From contig CAYHBZ010000001.1 of NCBI GenBank assembly GCA_964355175.1, positions 174,335-238,334 on the forward strand: a stretch of 64,000 nt of DNA. Reading direction: 5' to 3'. The notes under the pieces are model-generated. The model was given only the letters and a program-made list of their open reading frames with translations. It ran no database searches and was not told where the DNA came from. The first letter of the stretch is position 1; each line of letters opens with the position of its first letter. The position numbers were made by a program, and so were the translations under genes. Shown piece after piece: positions 57,049 to 64,000 of this stretch. This DNA comes from an uncultured Gammaproteobacteria bacterium (lineage in GTDB: Bacteria > Patescibacteriota > Patescibacteriia > Magasanikbacterales > GWA2-37-8).

Positions 57049-58908
57049 ATGTGCGGGATTGCTGGAAAATTATATTTTAAACAAAATCGCGGCATAGCCA
57101 AAGAAGAAATTCGCGCAATGACTGACGCGATACACCATCGCGGGCCAGATGACACCGGAATTTTTATTGACCAAAATCTAGGATTAGGACACTGCCGTTT
57201 ATCAATTATTGATCTATCCAGCGCCGGACACCAGCCTATGGGTTCGAGTGACGAAAAAACTTGGATTACTTTTAACGGCGAGATATATAACTTTTTGGAT
57301 CTAAAAAAAGAACTCGAAGCGGACGGTATCCAATTCCACTCCAATACTGATACGGAAATCATAATTTACTTATACCGTAAATACGGAGTTGATTGTCTAA
57401 AAAAATTACGCGGCATGTTTGCTTTTGCTATTTGGGACAAAGATAAAAGAGAATTATTTGTGGCCCGCGACCGAGTGGGTAAAAAACCGATAAAATACTA
57501 CTACGACAAAAACATATTTATATTTGCTTCTGAATTAAAAGCGATTTTAAAAAATAAAGAAGTCAAAAAAGAAATTGACTATTCGGCGATCGATCAATAC
57601 CTTACTTTTGGCTATGTCCCAACACCAAAAACCGGTTATAAAAATATTTATAAATTAGAACCGGCCAACTACATGATAGTAAACGAATCCGGCAAAGTTA
57701 TCAAAAAACAGTATTGGGATATAGATTTTTCACAAAAATTAAACCTGGATGAGACGGAATGGGAAAATAAAATTTTAAATAAACTTCAAGAATCAATAAA
57801 AATAAGACTGATGGCCGATGTGCCGCTGGGGGCTCATTTGTCTGGCGGCGTTGATTCTAGTTTGATAGTAGCCTTGATGTCTGAACAAATGTCACAAAGG
57901 GTGAAAACATTTTCGATTGGCTTTGAAGAAAAGAGTTACGACGAAACAAAATATGCCCGTCTGGTAGCTAAAAAATATAATACTGAACACACAGAGGTAT
58001 TTATCAAACCAGATGTCGCCACAATAATTCCTGCACTTGCCAATCAATACGAAGAACCATTTGCTGACAATTCTGCTTTGCCCACCTGGTATCTATGCCA
58101 AGCGACCAAACAAAAATTGACTGTGGCGCTAAATGGGGACGGTGGTGATGAAAATTTCGCCGGCTACAAACGCTACGAAATGATGAAATTTTATAATGCT
58201 CTAAAATATTTACCAGCAAAAAATATCAACGGCAAAATTTCGGAAATAATTTATAAGACTACCGGCATAAAAAATTTCTTACGCCTGAAACAGGTGCTGA
58301 TAAATCTAAATTTAGATCCTATAAATTTTTATACCAATAATACCGCTCATTTTAGCGACGAAGATAAAATTGTTTTATACAGTGATGATTTTAAAAAAAA
58401 TATTGGCCAGCACGAAATGCCTTATAAAAAAATATTCGAACAAACAACAAAATTAGAATGGTTGGATAAATTTTTATATTTAGGGATAAAATCCCACCTA
58501 CCAGATGACCTTATACCAAAAGTAGACATTTCCTCTATGGCGTTTGGCTTGGAAATCCGCTCCCCATTACTTGATCATGAATTAATGGAACTGGCCGCGC
58601 AGATGCCAAGCGCGTTAAAAATCAAAGGCTTAAACAAAAAATACTTGCTCAAAAAAATTGCCTATAAATACCTACCAAAAGAATGTATCGACAGACCAAA
58701 GCAAGGATTTGATGCCCCACTTGAATTTTGGTTTAAAAACAACTTAAAAAATTTCTTCTTGGAATCTAATATAATAAACGAACTGGTTCAAATAGGACTA
58801 AACAAAAAATATCTTGAAGACATAATTGACGATAATTCATCAAAGATGTTCAACCATTCTAAAAAGATTTGGAATTTGATAATGTTGGCTAATTGGTTAA
58901 AAATATGA
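57049..58908 (+). CDS. asnB: Asparagine synthase (glutamine-hydrolysing), polysaccharide-locus type (WbpS-like amidotransferase)
   Basis: MCGIAG N-terminal nucleophile, PP-loop SGGVDSS, and overall AsnB length. Confidence 0.9.
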   Translation: MCGIAGKLYFKQNRGIAKEEIRAMTDAIHHRGPDDTGIFIDQNLGLGHCRLSIIDLSSAGHQPMGSSDEKTWITFNGEIYNFLDLKKELEADGIQFHSNTDTEIIIYLYRKYGVDCLKKLRGMFAFAIWDKDKRELFVARDRVGKKPIKYYYDKNIFIFASELKAILKNKEVKKEIDYSAIDQYLTFGYVPTPKTGYKNIYKLEPANYMIVNESGKVIKKQYWDIDFSQKLNLDETEWENKILNKLQESIKIRLMADVPLGAHLSGGVDSSLIVALMSEQMSQRVKTFSIGFEEKSYDETKYARLVAKKYNTEHTEVFIKPDVATIIPALANQYEEPFADNSALPTWYLCQATKQKLTVALNGDGGDENFAGYKRYEMMKFYNALKYLPAKNINGKISEIIYKTTGIKNFLRLKQVLINLNLDPINFYTNNTAHFSDEDKIVLYSDDFKKNIGQHEMPYKKIFEQTTKLEWLDKFLYLGIKSHLPDDLIPKVDISSMAFGLEIRSPLLDHELMELAAQMPSALKIKGLNKKYLLKKIAYKYLPKECIDRPKQGFDAPLEFWFKNNLKNFFLESNIINELVQIGLNKKYLEDIIDDNSSKMFNHSKKIWNLIMLANWLKI

Positions 58909-60179
58909 TAAAAAAAATAAAAGATACTATATATAGGGCACTGAAGTGGTCGGAAAAATATACTAAGACCGACATGAAATACCTGGCGCGAGGAGGATTC
59001 TGGCTAACGGCTTCTCAATTTATGACTAGCACAAGCGCCTTTGTTTTATCACTAGCCTTTACAAATTTAATTTCGCCTGAAAAATACGGCTTATATAAAT
59101 ACATCCTTTCCTTAGGAGCATTATTTGGAGCATTTACACTAACCGGGTTAGACCTAGCTTTAATCCGAGCTTCATCATCAAAAGGATTGAAAATTTTAAA
59201 GTCAGCCTTCAAATTGAATTACAAATGGAGCATACCTTTCATACTTGGAATGATTTCGTTGAGCGTATACTATTTTTTTCAAAGAAACTACACTATCGCT
59301 TCAGCTATTTTATTAATTGCATTATTTCAACCATTACAAGACAGCTCCTTTGTATATGATTCAATTTTAAGAGGATTGAAAGATTTTAAAAATAGCGCTA
59401 GATACTCTGCGATTAAAACTTTCGCTATAACATTATTATTGTTCTTAACATTATTGATTACCAAAAATATTTCAATTATAATATTGATATATTATGCTGG
59501 CGGCAGTCTGATCACATATCTATTTTATGTGATTTTAAACAAAAAAAATGCACAAAATATAGAAGAGAAAGAGGTGGACGCTAGCACAATTAAACTTAGC
59601 AAACATTTGAGTTTATTAAATCTAGCAAATATATTAATTGAACAAATTGACAAGGTTGTTGTTTTCCATTTTTTTGGTGCCGTCCAACTAGCCACATACA
59701 GCTTAGCGATTGCATTACCAGGACAAATAACAACTCTACTTAAAAAAATACCGGAATTAGCATTACCAAAATTTAGCACGAAAACGACAAAGGAAGTAGG
59801 CGAATCTTTTTTTAAACATAGCAAAACAATAATATTTTTTATGATTCCGGTTGTAATAATTTATATAATAGCCTCTCCATTTTTATTTAAACTTCTTTTC
59901 CCGCAATATATTGGTGCCATATTTCTCTCTCAAATTTATGCCCCGATACTTTTAGTATCAGGCAACTTATTAACACCAGCTCTCACCGCCAACCAGGCAA
60001 TAAGAGAGCAATACTTTCTAAGTATCGTTTCTTCAATAATTCGATTAGTATTGCTTTCTTCTCTTACTTATTTTTTTGGGATAATCGGTCTAATTTTATC
60101 CCGAGTAATCACAAAATACATATCCTACTTCTTGGGACTATGGCTAATAAATAAAAAAGTAGAAAGAGCCGCTGATTAA
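58893..60179 (+). CDS. Polysaccharide/O-unit flippase (Wzx, MOP superfamily)
   Basis: ~12 TM helices and a Wzx-like N-terminus (ARGGFWLTASQFMTSTSAFVLSLAF). Confidence 0.7.
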   Translation: MVKNMIKKIKDTIYRALKWSEKYTKTDMKYLARGGFWLTASQFMTSTSAFVLSLAFTNLISPEKYGLYKYILSLGALFGAFTLTGLDLALIRASSSKGLKILKSAFKLNYKWSIPFILGMISLSVYYFFQRNYTIASAILLIALFQPLQDSSFVYDSILRGLKDFKNSARYSAIKTFAITLLLFLTLLITKNISIIILIYYAGGSLITYLFYVILNKKNAQNIEEKEVDASTIKLSKHLSLLNLANILIEQIDKVVVFHFFGAVQLATYSLAIALPGQITTLLKKIPELALPKFSTKTTKEVGESFFKHSKTIIFFMIPVVIIYIIASPFLFKLLFPQYIGAIFLSQIYAPILLVSGNLLTPALTANQAIREQYFLSIVSSIIRLVLLSSLTYFFGIIGLILSRVITKYISYFLGLWLINKKVERAAD

Positions 60180-60913
60180 TGGTTATTCAATTTAATATAA
60201 ATTAAAATTCCTTGAGAAAATAGCTTAGGGAAAACCTTATTTAGGATTGGCAAACCTTCATAAAGAACCATCTTTTCAATTTCAAGATCCATGGACTGAA
60301 CCCAAAAATTCATATCTGTCACTGTCCAAAAACGCAAATGTTCGGCTGGATGCACAACCCACTGGAGAGGAAAGCGCCCAAATAACAAACGCAAACGGTG
60401 AGCATAATAACCGCTATTAGGGACCGACATTATCAAGCCATAGCGCGCTTTCTTGCGAATATTATAAAGAAATGTCTCCGAGTTGGCCATATGTTCAATA
60501 ATTTCAAATGCAGTAATATAATCTACCTCTGGCAAAAGATTATAATTATTGAGATTATTTGCATCGGTACAAACAACATTTATACCAAGATTCTGTGCTG
60601 TATCAAAGATCTTATCATCTATATCTATTCCAACTACCGGACCCATACCTCTTTCTTTTAGATACTCTAATAACGCGCTGTCACCGTATCCAATATCCAA
60701 AATAGAAGATCCCGGCTTAATTATTTTCAAGGCAATGTCGGCTCTCTGTTTTTGCCAAGAGCTTAAAACCTGATGTCCACCCCCTCTTCTACGAAGCCAA
60801 TACTTCTCATAATCAACAGAAAATTCATTTCCATAATCACATTTTGGATAACCAGATATCTGTTTAAAATCTCGATGCAATATCCCTAAAAAATTTTTGA
60901 CTGTTTTTAGCAT
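60176..60913 (-). CDS. Class I SAM-dependent methyltransferase (MetW-like)
   Basis: ILDIGYGDSALLEYLKERG motif I and MetW-like overall pattern. Confidence 0.6.
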   Translation of the reverse strand: MLKTVKNFLGILHRDFKQISGYPKCDYGNEFSVDYEKYWLRRRGGGHQVLSSWQKQRADIALKIIKPGSSILDIGYGDSALLEYLKERGMGPVVGIDIDDKIFDTAQNLGINVVCTDANNLNNYNLLPEVDYITAFEIIEHMANSETFLYNIRKKARYGLIMSVPNSGYYAHRLRLLFGRFPLQWVVHPAEHLRFWTVTDMNFWVQSMDLEIEKMVLYEGLPILNKVFPKLFSQGILIYIKLNNH

Positions 60914-62511
60914 AATATTCTATCAAATAATAAATTTATGTCAGGGGTGACCGGCCAAACAATATCTTTTTTGGAACTATATTTTTTTAGAGCGGCCAGC
61001 AACTTCTCCTCGCTGAAATCTTTTTCCAATTGAATAGCTAGATTATCATCTTTTAAGTAGTGCCCCAAATCAAACGAGCTCTGGATCTGTATTATTGGTA
61101 TTTCATAATAAATCATTTCGCTTAAAAATGTACTATATTCACCCATGATCGCATCGATTTTCTCTAATACCCCAGAATTTATATTATCTACCACTGTTAT
61201 ATTATCAACTGGAGAAAACCCATAGTCGTTCAGCTGTTTTTCTTTGCTAATATCTGGTCTAATTTTAAAAAATAAATTAATTCCCATTTTTAGTAATCGT
61301 CTCACATATTTCTTATTTTCATCGCCAGACAATGCTATCTCATATGGAATAAGGATATTTAGATCGCCGACCGACGTTGGAATCGGCCTTCTAATATAAC
61401 TAATTTGCGGCAATCGACGTAACCAACCTCCGACAGATACGTTATCTGCACCATACTGTGTACTGAAATTTAATAAAATTTTTTTCCAATAATCATTCCA
61501 AACAAATAATTTATCAAAAGTTACTGATCCTTTTTTTGACAACCCATAATTCATCCACCCTACGTGATATTTAGTATATTGTCCATGTTGAAGCCCAAAT
61601 GATTTTACTCCATTTTTATGGCAGGCTATAATCAATTCGTTAGTATAACGCACATCATCTAAAGCCACCAGAGTTTTTAAACTGGAATTCCTAATAATCC
61701 AATCCAATTTTTTAAACAAATTAAAACTTATAGAAATTCTCTTGGCTATATTTTTTACTAGACTTCTAAAAAAAATTTTTACATATAGCTCTTCGGTTAT
61801 ATCTAGGTCTACTTCACCAATCTTTATCGGAGATACAAACCATGAAAAAGAGTCCAAATAAATTACAGTTTTTTTTCTTTTTATTAAATTTAATAAAAAA
61901 TTTTTTCCTAAATCAGTATGCATCACCTCTATAAAATCTTTTTGTTTATCCCTTAAATAACTATAGAGCGGATATATTCTAAAATCACAACCTAAACTAG
62001 AAAGTATATCGGGGCTATAAACTATGATTGGTACTTTCTTTAAAAATAATTTAATTACTGCCAATAACGAAATGATCATGGCTAAAAACTTGGTGCCAGT
62101 GAATATAAAATATCGAAAAAAATTAGCGACCATGGATCGACCTTCAATTAAAACCACTTCTCCGGCAAAAATATTTTCAATAATTCTGTTCAAATCAGCA
62201 CTAGCTTTTTGAATAATTAACCTATCAAATTTGGCATTATTTAAATATTTTATTAATTCTTCGTATTTTGAAAAATATCGAAAGAACGACCAAAATAATA
62301 TTTCTTGATTAAATGACCACGCCTCATATCCTTCAATTTTAAAAATTTTAGACAGGTAATTACCATCCTTAGTTTTTAATTCATTGAATTTTTTTAAAAG
62401 AGTTAACGCTCTAGGAAGATCATCCTTTGTATTAAATTCCGCCACTACTTTATTTTCAGCACTCATTACTACAACAACGCCTTCTCTTTCATTTATTGAA
62501 TAGGCGCTCAT
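60907..62511 (-). CDS. Hypothetical 534-aa protein, possibly a capsule/surface-carbohydrate biosynthesis glycosyl- or ulosonic-acid transferase
   Basis: No canonical GT2/GT4 motifs. One internal hydrophobic helix. Co-oriented and overlapping with the KdsB-like gene. Function inferred only from context. Confidence 0.3.
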   Translation of the reverse strand: MSAYSINEREGVVVVMSAENKVVAEFNTKDDLPRALTLLKKFNELKTKDGNYLSKIFKIEGYEAWSFNQEILFWSFFRYFSKYEELIKYLNNAKFDRLIIQKASADLNRIIENIFAGEVVLIEGRSMVANFFRYFIFTGTKFLAMIISLLAVIKLFLKKVPIIVYSPDILSSLGCDFRIYPLYSYLRDKQKDFIEVMHTDLGKNFLLNLIKRKKTVIYLDSFSWFVSPIKIGEVDLDITEELYVKIFFRSLVKNIAKRISISFNLFKKLDWIIRNSSLKTLVALDDVRYTNELIIACHKNGVKSFGLQHGQYTKYHVGWMNYGLSKKGSVTFDKLFVWNDYWKKILLNFSTQYGADNVSVGGWLRRLPQISYIRRPIPTSVGDLNILIPYEIALSGDENKKYVRRLLKMGINLFFKIRPDISKEKQLNDYGFSPVDNITVVDNINSGVLEKIDAIMGEYSTFLSEMIYYEIPIIQIQSSFDLGHYLKDDNLAIQLEKDFSEEKLLAALKKYSSKKDIVWPVTPDINLLFDRILC

Positions 62512-63281
62512 ATGTTTAAATAGCTCGGCAACAAATCATCAGTTGACAAAAAATTTTCCACTATATCGAAATCTTTTTGATTATCTACGCTATATAAATG
62601 AACGTCAGAATTTAAAATATTAATTTTTTGTCCATGTTCGATTAATCTGAACATGTCTACTGAATTGGCTTTTTCCAACGGGGTAGATTCAAATTGAATA
62701 TATTGTTTTAAATTTTCTAAACGAAAACCAATAATTCCTGTCTGTATATATATCGGCAAGCTGTGAATATTTTTTTCCAAAAATGGATCGGGTAAACGAA
62801 AAAACCAAATTGCTTGACTATTATTATTAGTAATAATTTTTACAGTGTCTTTGTCGTGGTATACATCCTCATTGGTGATATTATTTATAACATTCAATAC
62901 TCCAACGGAAGAATCAATTTCAAAAATATCTACCATTTTATCTAAAACTTCAGGACGCACAGTTGGTTCATCACCTTGTATCATTATGACAGCGTCCACT
63001 TTTTTTCCTTGTATGGATTCGATCTTCATGATTGCCTCGGCAACCCTCTCGGTAGGTCTTTCGTGCACATTGCTAGTCATTATAGCTTTACCGCCAATTG
63101 AAATAATATAATCAAAGATCTCTTTGTCACATGTTGCTACATATAAATCGTCAATTTTTTTAGATTTTTGACTGCGATAATAAACGTGACCAACCATTGG
63201 TATGCCGTGAATTTTTTTTAATGGTTTTCCAGGAAAACGCGAAGCCCCCATTCTTGCTGGAATAATTCCGACAATATACAT
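62508..63281 (-). CDS. CMP-sugar synthetase of the KdsB family (3-deoxy-manno-octulosonate cytidylyltransferase-like)
   Basis: IIPARMGASRFPGKPL, GTER-like PTERVAEA, QGDEPTV, and the C-terminal VDT-like region all align by eye with E. coli KdsB. Confidence 0.75.
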   Translation of the reverse strand: MYIVGIIPARMGASRFPGKPLKKIHGIPMVGHVYYRSQKSKKIDDLYVATCDKEIFDYIISIGGKAIMTSNVHERPTERVAEAIMKIESIQGKKVDAVIMIQGDEPTVRPEVLDKMVDIFEIDSSVGVLNVINNITNEDVYHDKDTVKIITNNNSQAIWFFRLPDPFLEKNIHSLPIYIQTGIIGFRLENLKQYIQFESTPLEKANSVDMFRLIEHGQKINILNSDVHLYSVDNQKDFDIVENFLSTDDLLPSYLNI

Positions 63282-63292
63282 ATAAGAATTTA

Positions 63293-64000
63293 TTAATTAC
63301 CAAATAAATTTAACAAAAATTCCTCAGTATCTTCCCAACTCAAACAGGGATCTGTTATGGATAAACCGGACATGTCCATTGAGGACGTTATTTCCTGTTT
63401 TCCTCCCTTCAGAAAACTTTCTAACATAAAACCACGAACAATTTCTCTAGCGATAGGATTGCTTTTACGAAATTCAACTATTTGACTAACCACCTCAATC
63501 TGTCTTCTTACATCCTTTACTCCATTTACCAAACAATTATCGTGACTAGCATCTATAACTATGGCTGAATTATTTATCAAATTTTTTTTCATTAATTCTT
63601 GAGCCTTTAAAATATTTTCTATACCAAAATTTGGACCAGTATAATTACCTCCCCTCAACACTAAATGTGTGTAATGGTTACCACTAGTAATAACCTGATA
63701 ACCACCAAATATAGTTGTATGTGAGTTCTGAGCTGCTATCACACTATTAACGCCTATCTCAATAGATCCGCTCGTAGGATTTTTCATACCCACAGGACAA
63801 TCAACCGATGATGCGTATATTCTATGTTCTTGGTCTTCAGAACTACGGGCTCCAATAGCCATCCATGATAAAAGATTAGGGAAAAATTTCATACTATCAT
63901 GGGTAAACAGCGCCTCATTTGCAATCGGCAAACCAATTTTCAGAACATCTAACATTAGAGATCTGGTATAGCGAATCCCATCCGCTACATCAGGTTCATC
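63293..64000 (-). CDS. Class I-alpha (AroG-type) 3-deoxy-7-phosphoheptulonate (DAHP) synthase-family enzyme; partial, N-terminus beyond the window
   Basis: IGARSSEDQEHRIYASSVDCPVGMKNPTSG aligns with AroG [48 protein letters not shown] and GLSITDPCLSWEDTEEF align with AroG ILRGG, IDFSHAN, VMVESHL and GKSITDACIGWEDTD. The reading frame stays open upstream of M63955 to the window edge. Confidence 0.75.
   Translation of the reverse strand, partial: DEPDVADGIRYTRSLMLDVLKIGLPIANEALFTHDSMKFFPNLLSWMAIGARSSEDQEHRIYASSVDCPVGMKNPTSGSIEIGVNSVIAAQNSHTTIFGGYQVITSGNHYTHLVLRGGNYTGPNFGIENILKAQELMKKNLINNSAIVIDASHDNCLVNGVKDVRRQIEVVSQIVEFRKSNPIAREIVRGFMLESFLKGGKQEITSSMDMSGLSITDPCLSWEDTEEFLLNLFGN

Noticed and set aside
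63293-63955. Treating the DAHP-synthase ORF as complete with start at M63955
   Set aside because: The frame stays open upstream to the window edge. The fragment lacks the ~110 N-terminal residues expected from the AroG alignment, so the gene is reported as partial.
1-64000. CRISPR arrays, rRNA, tRNA, IS elements, integrases and classic TA modules
   Set aside because: No regularly spaced direct repeats, no tRNA cloverleaf with a good T-arm and anticodon arm, and no transposase or integrase motifs were seen. The window holds only a short REP-like repeat and GC-rich islands.

Overview
This is an AT-rich, gene-dense bacterial window with short intergenic regions. It contains no rRNA, tRNA, CRISPR array, transposase or integrase that I can support. 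The overall composition points to a small-genome, possibly CPR/Patescibacteria-like organism: many glycosyltransferases, a lamin-tail-domain giant protein and a soluble VirD4-like ATPase. The first ~29 kb holds housekeeping genes: dnaB, ybaB-recR, rplU, a partial dcw cluster (mraZ-rsmH-ftsL-like ... mraY-like), murJ, lepA, recJ, an MBL/beta-CASP RNase, and NUDIX/HIT hydrolases. From ~29.3 kb to the window edge, nearly everything belongs to a very large cell-surface glycan biosynthesis region: GT2/GT4 transferases, a UDP-xylose branch (UGDH plus UXS), a dTDP-sugar branch (RmlA-like, RmlB, RmlD, FdtA-like cupin), a UDP-HexNAc uronic acid branch with AsnB, a Wzx flippase, an initiating sugar-phosphate transferase, a KdsB-like cytidylyltransferase and an AroG-type DAHP synthase. 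The most unusual items are listed here in order of position. (1) A ~450-nt GC-rich, ORF-poor island upstream of rplU that looks like structured RNA (possibly tmRNA-like, but unassigned). (2) A ClpC-type double AAA+ ATPase with an N-terminal zinc ribbon and transmembrane anchor, sitting inside the dcw cluster where ftsI normally lies. (3) A eukaryotic-like protein-kinase-like ORF. (4) A ~460-nt GC-rich island with a Cys-containing 101-aa ORF embedded between rmlB and the cupin gene. (5) A PLC-like plus lamin-tail 1198-aa secreted protein. (6) A structured leader with an extended -10 promoter and attenuator-like terminator at 52.0-52.2 kb. (7) An AroG-type DAHP synthase paired with a KdsB-like CMP-sugar synthetase. 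(8) A short REP-like repeat, GTCATCCTGAG..GAAGGATC, at two loci. All functional calls are based on motif recognition by eye from the translated ORFs. No database searches were run.
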